NCBI GenBank assembly: GCA_963666365.2 | Contig: CAXXNF010000002.1 | Coordinates: 1,088,001 to 1,152,000, forward strand | Length of the DNA stretch: 64,000 bases | Reading direction: 5' to 3' | From: Syntrophales bacterium | GTDB lineage: Bacteria; Desulfobacterota; Syntrophia; Syntrophales; UBA2210 | Shown: piece after piece, positions 38,499 to 48,528 of the stretch | How positions within the stretch are numbered: the first letter of the stretch is position 1 | How the letters are laid out: each line of letters begins with the position of its first letter | Translations under genes and position numbers: made by a program | Notes under the pieces: generated by a model | Seen by the model: the letters and a program-made list of their open reading frames with translations, nothing else | The model's database searches: none | What the model was told of the DNA's origin: nothing

Positions 38499-39310
38499 CA
38501 GATCAGTTCATCTCCCAGATAGGCCTTGATGACAACGGGATTGCGCTTGATTTCCTCCGGGCTCCCTTCAGCTATTTTTCTTCCGTAATCAACTACATAT
38601 ATTCTTTCCGAGAGGCTCATAACCAATTTCATGTCATGCTCGATTAAAAGAATCGAAATTCCCTCCCTCCTGCGTATGTCCCTAATGAGCGCTACCAATT
38701 CTGCAGTCTCCTGCGGATTCATGCCCGCGGCAGGTTCATCAAGAAGCATCAAAAATGGTTCGGTGGCCATCGCCCGGGCTATTTCGAGACGCCTTTGAGC
38801 CCCATAGGGGAGGTTTTTGGCGAAGTCGTTCACATAGTCTGCAAGACCCATTTTCTCCAGGATAGCATAACTCGCGTCAACAATACGCCGTTCTTCTTTC
38901 CTTGTCCCTCTTCCCTTGAAAACGGCGCCGACAATGCCCGTTTTTGTTCTGCAATGTCTGCCTATCATCACATTTTCAAGGACAGTCATATTTTGAAACA
39001 ATCGAATATTCTGAAAGGTTCGCGCAAGTCCCCTTTCGGTCACCTGGTTTGGTTTCAGTCCATTGACACGCCGCATCCTGCCGTCTGGACGCCCGGCAAT
39101 AAAAACATCGCCATCGGTGGGCTCGTATATCCCCGCGACGCAATTGAAAAATGTCGTCTTTCCAGCGCCGTTCGGTCCGATAAGCGCAACAATTTCCCCT
39201 TCCTTCACATTAAGATCCACCTCGTCCAACGCCCGAAGGCCGCCAAAGTTCATTCCCAGATTGCATACCTGCAATATCGAGTCATGTTCGCCGCCGGAAC
39301 CGGTCTTCAT
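38498..39310 (-). CDS. livG: BCAA ABC ATPase LivG
   Basis: GPNGAGKT, ARTFQNIRLF, LPYGAQRRLEIARA, IEHDM. Confidence 0.95.
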   Translation of the reverse strand: MKTGSGGEHDSILQVCNLGMNFGGLRALDEVDLNVKEGEIVALIGPNGAGKTTFFNCVAGIYEPTDGDVFIAGRPDGRMRRVNGLKPNQVTERGLARTFQNIRLFQNMTVLENVMIGRHCRTKTGIVGAVFKGRGTRKEERRIVDASYAILEKMGLADYVNDFAKNLPYGAQRRLEIARAMATEPFLMLLDEPAAGMNPQETAELVALIRDIRRREGISILLIEHDMKLVMSLSERIYVVDYGRKIAEGSPEEIKRNPVVIKAYLGDELI

Positions 39311-40518
39311 TGAACTTTCCCTTCATATTTATAGGTTTTCCTGACATCGCTCACGATACCGCCCGGTCTGAATACCATCATCACCACAAGCAGGGCGCCG
39401 AACATCAGCATTCTGTATTCGGAAAATGCGCGCAGATATTCAGGCAATAAAATCAGCACAAGCGCGCCGAGAATCACGCCTATTACCGAGCCCATTCCCC
39501 CCAGCACGACAATGCAGAGAATAATGATCGATTCCCATATGGTAAAACTTGCCGGATTTACAAAGGTTGTTTTTGCCGCAAACACAACGCCGCCCATTCC
39601 GGCCCAGGTAGCCCCCAGGGCAAAGGCGGTCAGTTTCGTTTTTGCCTTGTCTATGCCCATGGCCTGGCAGGCAATTTCATCTTCTCTCAGGGCAATCCAT
39701 GCCCTGCCGATCCGGGAATCCTGAAGGCGTTTGACGACAAAGATCGTCAACAGGCACAGCACCACTACAATATAATACATATACACAGCCGCACCGTGAA
39801 GGGACAGCTCAATGCCAAAAAATGACGGCCGGGGTATATTTGCTATTCCGCTTGGACCAAAAGAAAATTCGTTCCAGTTTTCCAGGATGATACGTATGAT
39901 TTCGCCAAAGCCGAGCGTTACAATCGCCAGATAGTCCCCGCGCAGTCGTAATACCGGAAATCCAAGAACAATGCCGAAAAACGCTCCCAGCAACGCGCCT
40001 ATGGGCAGTACCATCCAGAATGTGAACCCGAAATGATAGTTCAACAGTGCATAGGCATAGGCGCCGACGGCGTAGAACGCAACATATCCAAGATCGAGCA
40101 GTCCCGCCAAGCCAACTACTATATTAAGTCCCAGACCGAGCATCACATATATGAGTGCGGTAATGATGATATTGGTTTGATAGAGGGACACAACATGAGG
40201 AAATATGACGATAACGATGCCGGTGACAATCACAACGGGGAGGAATAGTTTTTTCTTTTCCGCCGCGAGCGATATAAAAGATGTGTGTAGTGCGTTTACT
40301 TCGAATGCACCGCTGATTCCCAGCTTTTTTCGCTCGAGAAGGTACCGCCACAAAAATGAAAGTACAAAGCTTCCCACACCGACCACGATCATGTTTTCCC
40401 AGCGCCATTCGACGAGCTTCTCAATCGGATTGACGCGGATCACCATTAGGGGAAATGTCAGAAACACGAACCACAGCGATACGTATATTGATTTTTTAAT
40501 TTCAGATAATTTAAACAT
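39307..40518 (-). CDS. livM: BCAA ABC permease LivM
   Basis: GLAGLLDLGYVAF, LRLRGDYLAIVTLGFGEI. Confidence 0.95.
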   Translation of the reverse strand: MFKLSEIKKSIYVSLWFVFLTFPLMVIRVNPIEKLVEWRWENMIVVGVGSFVLSFLWRYLLERKKLGISGAFEVNALHTSFISLAAEKKKLFLPVVIVTGIVIVIFPHVVSLYQTNIIITALIYVMLGLGLNIVVGLAGLLDLGYVAFYAVGAYAYALLNYHFGFTFWMVLPIGALLGAFFGIVLGFPVLRLRGDYLAIVTLGFGEIIRIILENWNEFSFGPSGIANIPRPSFFGIELSLHGAAVYMYYIVVVLCLLTIFVVKRLQDSRIGRAWIALREDEIACQAMGIDKAKTKLTAFALGATWAGMGGVVFAAKTTFVNPASFTIWESIIILCIVVLGGMGSVIGVILGALVLILLPEYLRAFSEYRMLMFGALLVVMMVFRPGGIVSDVRKTYKYEGKVQ

Positions 40519-40619
40519 TTACAAAACCAGCAATAAACAACCAGTAACGAACGTTACAAGAAGTGCTTGTATACAATGTATCACCCTACTTCTCTTGCCT
40601 TGCATACTTTTCTTACGTT

Positions 40620-41522
40620 TTACACCTTTGTGTGCTCAGCGCGCCCGAGTATGCCGGCCGGCCTCAAAATCAAAATCAGGACAAGAATTATAAAGGCAAA
40701 CACATCCTCATAATCGCTCGATACGTATCCGGTGGCAAAACTTTCCGTCCAGCCGAGAATAAAACCGCCCAGCACGGCGCCGGGAATACTGCCGATTCCG
40801 CCCAGCACGGCAGCCACAAAGGCTTTAATACCCGCAATAAACCCGATGTAGAAGTTGATCATCCCCACATGCGAGGCAATCAAAACACCCCCGATTGCCG
40901 CCGTAGCCGAACCCACTATGAAGGTAACCGAAATAACCGTATTGATATCAACTCCTAGAAGCATGGCCATAACCCGGTCTTGCGACGTGGCGCGCATCGC
41001 CTTTCCTATCCGGGTGAATTTGATCAAAAATGTCAGCAGCGCCATGACCACCGCCGTAGTGGCAAGAATCACCACATCCGTGGACCCTATAATATGGGCG
41101 TAGGGTTCCATAAACTCAAATTCCGGTATAAGATTTGGAAAGGGGAGAAAATCTGAGGTCTGGGCAAGCAGCACGTAATTTTGAAGAAAAAGTGACATTC
41201 CTATCGCGCTGATCAGTGCGGAAAGACGCGGCGCCCCGCGCAGGGGCTTGTAGGCGATTTTTTCTAAGGTAAAACCATAGGCGCTAGAGTATATTACCGC
41301 CACAAGACCCGCAATAAACAGTATTGCGATTGTGTTCATGCCCATGAGCGTGAGGACGGAAATGACGATCAATGCCGTAAAGGCGCCTATCATGTAAATT
41401 TCACCATGGGCGAAATTGATCAGTTCGATGATTCCATAGACCATTGTATAGCCGAGCGCGATGAGGGCGTAAATACTGCCGCGCGTTGACCCGCCTAAAA
41501 ACAGTTCCAGGAAATATTCCAT
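40620..41522 (-). CDS. livH: BCAA ABC permease LivH
   Basis: YALIALGYTMVYGIIELINFAHGE, AAVLGGIG. Confidence 0.95.
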   Translation of the reverse strand: MEYFLELFLGGSTRGSIYALIALGYTMVYGIIELINFAHGEIYMIGAFTALIVISVLTLMGMNTIAILFIAGLVAVIYSSAYGFTLEKIAYKPLRGAPRLSALISAIGMSLFLQNYVLLAQTSDFLPFPNLIPEFEFMEPYAHIIGSTDVVILATTAVVMALLTFLIKFTRIGKAMRATSQDRVMAMLLGVDINTVISVTFIVGSATAAIGGVLIASHVGMINFYIGFIAGIKAFVAAVLGGIGSIPGAVLGGFILGWTESFATGYVSSDYEDVFAFIILVLILILRPAGILGRAEHTKV

Positions 41523-41602
41523 AGTCTTTCCGCGTTCCTCTCATTATATTTTCCAGCCCGGCCCGCGCACTGATGCTTGGGACTCTCTGCAACGGCGCCC
41601 TT

Positions 41603-41639
41603 AAAAAAAAAGGGGCCAGACCACACCCGCCTGCCCCCT
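41603..41639 (-). terminator. Intrinsic terminator/attenuating hairpin between livK and livH
   Basis: ggggcaggc-loop-gtctggcccc followed by a T run on the minus strand. Confidence 0.6.
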
Positions 41640-41679
41640 GCACACACTTCTCGGCCACTCACAAAAACGGCGCCCTAAA

Positions 41680-42816
41680 TCAGCGTGGCGTAACTTCTAC
41701 ATAGGCGCCGTCTTTCACCTGATACATCGTAAAACCGATTCCCACTGCGTCGCCCTTCTCATCGAATTTGATTCTTCCGAGCGGGGTGTCCACATATTCG
41801 GTTTTTAACACCTTCGCTACCGCTTCATAGTCGGGAGAACCCGCTTTTGCAATCGCATTCAAGAGCGCCTGCGTTGCCGCACAGGCATTCAGAAAAAAAG
41901 CCCCCGGTTCATCGCCGTAGGTATCTTTGTGCGCCTTAATAGCCGCCTGAGCCAGTGGGTTTCCGGTCGTATCCCGGGGGCCGGTGGCATAGACGCCCTC
42001 GGCATATTTACCTGCTACCTTGATGAATGTATCGTCCTTGACTCCGTCATCTGAAATAAAATACGTCTTCATGCGCTTTTTTCTCATCTGCATAACGATT
42101 CTCGAGGCCTCCGGGTGATACCCTCCGAATATCACCGCCTCCGCCCCTGAACGCCTGATTTTCTGCACAACGGCTGAATAATCCACGGCGCCTGGGGTAA
42201 CCCCTTCAAACAACACGACCTTAGCATCGGGCTCTTTTTCAAGAAAGGCCTTTGCAAATTCGGCCAATCCCTTCCCGTAATCGCCCTTGTCGTGCAGTAC
42301 TGCAATTTTTCTGACCTTCAGTACTTTAAGAGTAAAATCAACTTCCATACGCGCCTGCGCGTCGTCCGATGAAATGGTCCTGAAAAAATTGGGATATTCG
42401 CCGCTCTGGGTCAAGGGAGGATTCGTCGCCGACGGAGACATGCAAATCACGTTTTCATCCCGGTAAATGGCCAGTGCGGCCTTTGTGGAGCCGCTGCAGA
42501 TATGTCCGATGACAACGTCCACATGCTGTGAAACGAGTTTCGTTGCCGTATTTGTGGCCACCTCGGGCTTACAGACATCGTCTTCGACCAGCAGTTCCAC
42601 CTGTGTACCGAGAATGCCCCCCCTGGCGTTGATCTCGTTCACGACCAGTTCGGCTGCTCTGACGGAGGGCAAACCGTAGGATGCCAGATCACCGCTATGG
42701 GCGCCGGCAACCCCCACTTTGATTGTTTCCGCTGCGTGAGCAGTGCCGCCGATCGCCACAAACAGCGCTATCGCCGTCACCATCGATGAAAATATTTTGA
42801 AAGTAGTGGTTCTCAT
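41680..42816 (-). CDS. livK: BCAA ABC substrate-binding protein
   Basis: EDDVCKP, GHICSG, SPSATNPPLT, HDKGDYGKGLA, FGGYHPE. Confidence 0.92.
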   Translation of the reverse strand: MRTTTFKIFSSMVTAIALFVAIGGTAHAAETIKVGVAGAHSGDLASYGLPSVRAAELVVNEINARGGILGTQVELLVEDDVCKPEVATNTATKLVSQHVDVVIGHICSGSTKAALAIYRDENVICMSPSATNPPLTQSGEYPNFFRTISSDDAQARMEVDFTLKVLKVRKIAVLHDKGDYGKGLAEFAKAFLEKEPDAKVVLFEGVTPGAVDYSAVVQKIRRSGAEAVIFGGYHPEASRIVMQMRKKRMKTYFISDDGVKDDTFIKVAGKYAEGVYATGPRDTTGNPLAQAAIKAHKDTYGDEPGAFFLNACAATQALLNAIAKAGSPDYEAVAKVLKTEYVDTPLGRIKFDEKGDAVGIGFTMYQVKDGAYVEVTPR

Positions 42817-42887
42817 GAGTATCGATACATTTCAACCGCACCATGAATTTTTAAACAAACGCCCGTGATGTGCGTCAGCGGGCCGCT

Positions 42888-44081
42888 TCAGACCAGCATC
42901 TTTACGGCCTGTGCCATACGCTGCAATCCCTCTTCAATCTGCGCCATCGACGTCGCATAGGAGAGACGAATGTAACGATCGGCCCCGAAGGCGATGCCGG
43001 GAACAACTGCAATACCCGCAACATCAAGCAGATAGCTTGCGAATGAATTCGAATCCTTCACAAGGTGTTCCCCGAAAGATTTCCCATAGAGCGAAGACAC
43101 ATTGGGGAACACATAAAAAGCGCCCTGAGGCTCAGTACATCGCACGCCCGGCATATTGTTCAGCGCGGCCACGATATAATTTCGTCTTTTTTTGAACTCT
43201 TCCACCATGGCTTCCGTTGCGCTTTGTGCGCCGGTGAGCGCCGCTACGGCCGCCTTCTGCGATATTGACGTCGGATTAGACGTATTCTGGCTTTGTATTT
43301 TTGCCACCGCGGCAATGATTTCCTGCGGTCCGGCGGCATATCCTATCCTCCATCCGGTCATCGAATGAGACTTTGAAACACCGTTTACTACCACCGCCCG
43401 GCTCATCATCTCCTCATCTACGGTTACGACATTCGAAAACCGGTATCCATCGTAGACGATCTTCTCGTAAATATCGTCGCTTATTACCGTAATCGAGTGT
43501 TTTTTAATGACATCGGCCAGAGCCTTCAGCTCTTCATCCGTGTAAGCCGCGCCTGTCGGATTAGAAGGACTGTTCAAAATAACAGCCCTGGTCTTCCCCG
43601 TGATCGCCTGTTCCAGCGCATCGGGGGTCACCTTGAATTGATCGGTTTCTCCCGTTTCAAGAATAACCGGTGTGGCATCGGCCAGAAGCACGATATCGGG
43701 GTATGATACCCAGTAAGGCGCCGGGATAATCACCTCATCCCCCTTGTCGAAAAGAGCCTGTGCGAGATTGTAGATCGTATGCTTCGCCCCACAGGAGACC
43801 ACCACCTGGGACATTTCATAGGAAAGCCCGTTGTCATTCCGCAATTTTTCAATAATGGCCTTTTTAAGTTCGTCTATACCGCCTACGGGGGTGTATTTTG
43901 TAAAACCCTCTTCAATCGCCTCTATCGCCGCGTGCTTGATGTGATCCGGGGTATCGAAATCCGGTTCACCGGCGCCGAAGCTCAGAATATCCTTTCCTTC
44001 CGCACGCAAGGCAGCTGCCTTCGCCGTAACCGCGAGCGTAGGCGATGGTTTGATTCTCCCTACACGATCCGCAAGTTTCAT
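42888..44081 (-). CDS. Class I PLP aminotransferase (aspartate aminotransferase-like)
   Basis: GEPDFDTP, NSPSNPTG, DDIY, SKSHSMTGWRIG. Confidence 0.93.
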   Translation of the reverse strand: MKLADRVGRIKPSPTLAVTAKAAALRAEGKDILSFGAGEPDFDTPDHIKHAAIEAIEEGFTKYTPVGGIDELKKAIIEKLRNDNGLSYEMSQVVVSCGAKHTIYNLAQALFDKGDEVIIPAPYWVSYPDIVLLADATPVILETGETDQFKVTPDALEQAITGKTRAVILNSPSNPTGAAYTDEELKALADVIKKHSITVISDDIYEKIVYDGYRFSNVVTVDEEMMSRAVVVNGVSKSHSMTGWRIGYAAGPQEIIAAVAKIQSQNTSNPTSISQKAAVAALTGAQSATEAMVEEFKKRRNYIVAALNNMPGVRCTEPQGAFYVFPNVSSLYGKSFGEHLVKDSNSFASYLLDVAGIAVVPGIAFGADRYIRLSYATSMAQIEEGLQRMAQAVKMLV

Positions 44082-44128
44082 TTCTTTTGGCCCTCACTTT
44101 ATTATGTGTTGGTGGAATGTTCTCACTT

Positions 44129-44650
44129 TTAACACCTGTCTTTTCTTTTCCTGGAACAGCCTTCCCTCAAAAGGGGGAATTTTTCTTTTAACAGTTGCAG
44201 CACATCATCGGGAACCAGCCCGCGCACCGAGCCTCCGAAACTTGCCGCTTCCTTGATGATGCGGGAATTACAATAAAACCACTTGGAGCCGGTCATCAGA
44301 AATACCGTTTCTACCTGGCGGTCAAGTCTCCGGTTAATCAAGGCCAGCTGAAATTCATACTCGAAATCCGACATTGCCCTCAGTCCCCTCAGGATGACCG
44401 TTGCATCAACCGTTTCAAGATAGTCGACCAGGAGACCGGTATAGCTTCCCACTTCCAGTTTCGGGTTGTCTCCTATGAGCTGCCTGATCATCTCAATACG
44501 TTCTTCCACAGTAAAGAGCGCCGATTTTGTCGGATTGTTACCGATTGCAATAATGATTTTGTCAAATATCCTCAAGCCCCGGTTGATGATGTCGACGTGC
44601 CCGTTGGTGATCGGGTCAAAAGACCCCGGATATACCGCTACTTTACCCAT
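44129..44650 (-). CDS. coaD: Phosphopantetheine adenylyltransferase
   Basis: YPGSFDPITNGH, RGLRAMSDFEYE. Confidence 0.97.
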   Translation of the reverse strand: MGKVAVYPGSFDPITNGHVDIINRGLRIFDKIIIAIGNNPTKSALFTVEERIEMIRQLIGDNPKLEVGSYTGLLVDYLETVDATVILRGLRAMSDFEYEFQLALINRRLDRQVETVFLMTGSKWFYCNSRIIKEAASFGGSVRGLVPDDVLQLLKEKFPLLREGCSRKRKDRC

Positions 44651-44692
44651 TGCACAACTCCTTACACAGTTGATTGGAACAGATTAGAGGCC

Positions 44693-45253
44693 TTACCGCG
44701 AGCCGCCTGCGAAAGGCCTGAAAAATGTGAGCGCTGTATCTCCATATCTTCGCTGCTCTGTCAATTGAAAAGTGCCTCCATGGATACATTCTTCTCTGAC
44801 GGAGTGCTCTACAATAAACAGACCTTCTTCCGCAAGCAATTGATCCATGCCGGGTATATGCAGTATCTTTTCTGCATATCCCTTTTCATAGGGGGGATCG
44901 GCAAAAATAACCTCAAAACATTCCCTGCGATTTCGAAGGAGGGGAACTGCCTTTTCCACGGGTGCGACAATAATTTCGAAACCATGCTCAAATCCGCAAC
45001 GCTGAATGTTGTTTCGTATGGCTTCGGCATGCCTGCGCCTTTGTTCCACAGAGACCACCGCGTCGGCGCCTCTGCTCATGGCCTCTATGCCGACATTGCC
45101 CGTTCCGGCAAAGAGGTCGAGAAAACGCACACCCTCCAAGGGACCGATAATATTAAAAAGCGATTCCTTAAGTCTGTCGGTCGTTATCCTGATGCAGTCG
45201 CTCTTCGGGGCAACAATATTCCTGCCCTTGGCCTTTCCTCCAATTATTTTCAT
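44693..45253 (-). CDS. rsmD: 16S rRNA m2G966 methyltransferase
   Basis: MKIIGG, ESLFNI, LDLFAGTG, DPPY, YGDT. Confidence 0.93.
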   Translation of the reverse strand: MKIIGGKAKGRNIVAPKSDCIRITTDRLKESLFNIIGPLEGVRFLDLFAGTGNVGIEAMSRGADAVVSVEQRRRHAEAIRNNIQRCGFEHGFEIIVAPVEKAVPLLRNRRECFEVIFADPPYEKGYAEKILHIPGMDQLLAEEGLFIVEHSVREECIHGGTFQLTEQRRYGDTALTFFRPFAGGSR

Positions 45254-45256
45254 GTA

Positions 45257-46276
45257 TCAGGACAAGTAATCCTTTATGAGAATCTCCGCTATCTGAACGG
45301 CATTGAGGGCCGCCCCTTTTCTGATGTTGTCCGAGACAACCCACATATTGATTCCGTTGGCAATCGATTCGTCTTCTCTGATCCTCCCCACGTAGGTATC
45401 GTCTTTCCCCGCCGCATCAATGGCCAGCGGATATTCGAATTTTGCCGGATTATCAACCACGGTGACACCGGGGGCTTTTGAAAGAAGCTCTCTCACCTCG
45501 GAGGCAGTAATTTTCTGTTTTGTTTCGATATTCACCGATTCAGAATGGCTGAAAAATACGGGCACCCTCACGGTCGTGGCGGTAACGGCAATGGCGGGAT
45601 CATGAAGAATCTTTCTTGTTTCATTGACCATCTTCATTTCTTCCTTGGTATAGCCGTTTTCTAGAAACACGTCGATGTGGGGAAGACAGTTAAAGGCGAT
45701 TCTGTGAGGATAGACCTTCGCCTGCGGTTCCTTGAAACTCATGAGATCCCGGGTCTGCTGTTCCAGTTCCTCTATTGCCTTTTTTCCTGTACCGGAAACC
45801 GCCTGATAGGTTGAAACAACAATCCTTTTAATGCCTGCTGCATCGTATATCGGCTTCAAGGCCACGATCATCTGTATCGTGGAACAGTTGGGGTTTGCAA
45901 TAATATGTTTCGCTTTGTACAGGCCGATATCCTCAGGATTTACTTCAGGTACGACAAGTGGTATTTCAGGAACCATTCTGAAAGCGCTTGTGTTGTCGAT
46001 AACCACACATCCCGCCTTTGCCGCCGCGGGGGCAAACCGTTCACTGATGCTGCCGCCCGCCGAAAACAACCCTACCTGCATTCCTTCAAAGGATTCCTCC
46101 GTAAGAATTTCCACCGGCCAGGCCTTCCCCCTGAATTCCATCTCTTTTCCCAGAGATCGCTCCGACGCCAGAAACTTTACCCTGTTTACAGGAAAATTCC
46201 GTTCTTCAAGGATTTTAGTCATCTCATTTCCGACAGCGCCTGTTGCACCCACTACGGCCACATTATACTTTTTCAT
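45257..46276 (-). CDS. asd: Aspartate-semialdehyde dehydrogenase
   Basis: GATGAVG, NPNCSTIQ, STYQAVSG, DNIRKGAALNAVQIAE. Confidence 0.97.
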   Translation of the reverse strand: MKKYNVAVVGATGAVGNEMTKILEERNFPVNRVKFLASERSLGKEMEFRGKAWPVEILTEESFEGMQVGLFSAGGSISERFAPAAAKAGCVVIDNTSAFRMVPEIPLVVPEVNPEDIGLYKAKHIIANPNCSTIQMIVALKPIYDAAGIKRIVVSTYQAVSGTGKKAIEELEQQTRDLMSFKEPQAKVYPHRIAFNCLPHIDVFLENGYTKEEMKMVNETRKILHDPAIAVTATTVRVPVFFSHSESVNIETKQKITASEVRELLSKAPGVTVVDNPAKFEYPLAIDAAGKDDTYVGRIREDESIANGINMWVVSDNIRKGAALNAVQIAEILIKDYLS

Positions 46277-46362
46277 TGTCTACTTCTTTCACTCCCCATT
46301 CTTAGAGTTATAGGCCTCAAGACATCTTGCGGCTTTTATCGCCTCGCAGATCCGCCGGCCTT

Positions 46363-47130
46363 TTATCGCAACTGTTCATCCTCCTGGTCTCTGTGAACCT
46401 TTTTATTCGCCATCTTGCAGAGCGTCCATGAAGGACCTGAAATACTGTATCCGACGGCGACGGCAAAAAATACTATTTGCGGCTCAAGCACGACGAAAAC
46501 AAATATGAGCACGATAAGCACAAAGGTCATAAAAGGCTTTCGCGCAAAAAAATTCAGATCTTTAAAGCTGTAGTACTTGATGTTGCTTACCATGAGTAAC
46601 GATAAAAAAAACATCGCCGTGGGAATCGAGGGGTGATGAAAGGTCCCCTTGCCTCCCAGAAAATTAAAAAACAGTATGGTCGTCGCAATCACAAGCGCCG
46701 CAGCGGGAATGGGAAGCCCGTTGAATATCTTGCTGTCGACACTGGCAATTTGTATGTTGAATCTCGCCAGTCGCATGGCGCCGCAGGCAACAAAAAGAAA
46801 CGCGATAAGCCATCCATACCGTCCGTAGGGCGAAAGCGCCCAGTTGTAGGCAATAATTGCAGGAGCAACGCCGAATGACACAAGGTCCGAAAGTGAGTCG
46901 TATTCCACGCCGAATCTGCTGGTCGTATTGGTGAATCGAGCAATTTTCCCGTCCAGCCCATCCAGCACACAGGCGATAATGACCAGGATTGCCGCACGAT
47001 GAAAATTACCGTCGATTGAAGATATGATCGCATAAAACCCGCAGAAGAGGCTTCCTGTCGTAAAAAGATTGGGCAGGATATAAATGCCCTTTTTCATACC
47101 GTCACGCTCACCCTTTTCATGCATCCTCAT
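46363..47130 (-). CDS. pssA: CDP-DAG-serine O-phosphatidyltransferase (start 47130 or 47097)
   Basis: LPNLFT, DGLDGKIAR...FGVEYDSLSD, RLARFN. Confidence 0.95.
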   Translation of the reverse strand: MRMHEKGERDGMKKGIYILPNLFTTGSLFCGFYAIISSIDGNFHRAAILVIIACVLDGLDGKIARFTNTTSRFGVEYDSLSDLVSFGVAPAIIAYNWALSPYGRYGWLIAFLFVACGAMRLARFNIQIASVDSKIFNGLPIPAAALVIATTILFFNFLGGKGTFHHPSIPTAMFFLSLLMVSNIKYYSFKDLNFFARKPFMTFVLIVLIFVFVVLEPQIVFFAVAVGYSISGPSWTLCKMANKKVHRDQEDEQLR

Positions 47131-47774
47131 GGCAGCCTCCCTATCGCTGTCGCGCCCGCCTTAACCTTGTCTCCCACGGTCACAAGGATCTCCGTATCCA
47201 CCGGAGCAAACACTTCCAATCGCGATCCGAACCGTATCAGACCGAACCGCTCCCCCTTTTCAAGTCTCATTCCTTCCTTTTTCCAACATACAATGCGTCG
47301 TGCCACGAGACCGGCAATTTGTATGACAAGAATATCTCTTCCATCATCCCTTTTTATGACAACGGCGTTTCTCTCGTTTGAAAGGGACGCCTTGTCCAGG
47401 TTGGCCGAAAAAAATTTGCCCTGTCGGTAACTGATTCTCCCTACGATGCCGGCACAGGGCGACCTGTTGACATGAACGTTGAAAATATTCATAAAAATAC
47501 TGATTTTTTTGAATCGGCCAGGGAACAATTCTCTTTCTCCTTCTGCCTCTTCGATTTTAAGAATGCGTCCATCGGCCGGAGACACCAGAAGATCCGCTCC
47601 GGATGGAATTTTCCTCTCGGGGTTCCGAAAAAACCACAGCACATAGAGGGCAGCCAGGGCGAAGAGAAGGCCAGCCCAGGCAAAGGAAAACAAAGTTGCC
47701 GCGACGGCAACAAGGGCAAGAGGCACAAAAAAACGCATTCCATCGAGGGCGATCGGAAATTCAGTTTTCTTCAT
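47127..47774 (-). CDS. psd: Phosphatidylserine decarboxylase proenzyme
   Basis: FFRNPER, SPADG, NVHVNRSP, QIAGLVARRI, FGS cleavage motif. Confidence 0.95.
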   Translation of the reverse strand: MKKTEFPIALDGMRFFVPLALVAVAATLFSFAWAGLLFALAALYVLWFFRNPERKIPSGADLLVSPADGRILKIEEAEGERELFPGRFKKISIFMNIFNVHVNRSPCAGIVGRISYRQGKFFSANLDKASLSNERNAVVIKRDDGRDILVIQIAGLVARRIVCWKKEGMRLEKGERFGLIRFGSRLEVFAPVDTEILVTVGDKVKAGATAIGRLP

Positions 47775-47838
47775 ATTATCCACCGTTTCATCTATATCGT
47801 CCCACCGGGAACAGGACACCCTCTTCTCGATGCCGCCT

Positions 47839-48525
47839 TTACTCGCGCTGCCCGCCTTCCGCATAGGATGATCTCAAATAGTGCGGCATTACCGTTAGTG
47901 CACTGAGCCTATCACCAGACTCGTATTTTTTCAATCCTATAACTCCCACTGCACTCGCACGGATATTATTGTCCGCAGGGCCTGCAAAATGAATCTTTTC
48001 TGCGAGTGTTTCTTTGAAATAGTCTGCGTAGGCGACGGCACCTTCACCTACAAAACACATCTTCCCGTCAATTTTATCAATGAGGGCCTGCGGGGTAATG
48101 ACCATCTCTTCACCCACTCTTTGCGGTATCTCACCCGATCGCGGTTCGTAACAGGCCGCATATAGTTCGCCTCTTCGCGCGTCCAGCATCGCACAAATCG
48201 GCATATTTTCCTCACGCACATTCATCGCAAGCGCATCAAGCGACGACACCGCCACCACGGGCTTGTTATGGGCAAAGGCGAGCCCTTTCACGGATCCGAT
48301 ACCGACCCTGAGTCCCGTGAATGAACCGGGACCGACGGTGCATGCCAAAAGTTCTATATCGGAAAGTGCTATCTCCGTCAGTGACAGCGCCGCTTCTATG
48401 GCGGCAAGTGTCGTTTCTCCATGCTGCCGGTCCGTGGTGAGGGCAATTTCAACCAGCACCCTTTTGTAATTCAGAATCGACAGGGACATCCCCCGTGAAG
48501 CTGTGTCGAGAGCCAGGATGAGCAC
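47839..48525 (-). CDS. tsaB: t6A biosynthesis protein TsaB
   Basis: ILALDTA, GPGSFTGLRVG, DARRGELY. Confidence 0.95.
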   Translation of the reverse strand: MLILALDTASRGMSLSILNYKRVLVEIALTTDRQHGETTLAAIEAALSLTEIALSDIELLACTVGPGSFTGLRVGIGSVKGLAFAHNKPVVAVSSLDALAMNVREENMPICAMLDARRGELYAACYEPRSGEIPQRVGEEMVITPQALIDKIDGKMCFVGEGAVAYADYFKETLAEKIHFAGPADNNIRASAVGVIGLKKYESGDRLSALTVMPHYLRSSYAEGGQRE

Positions 48526-48528
48526 GGA

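Noticed and set aside
44195..45481. 428-aa plus-strand ORF
   Set aside because: Antisense shadow of coaD/rsmD/asd with no recognisable motifs
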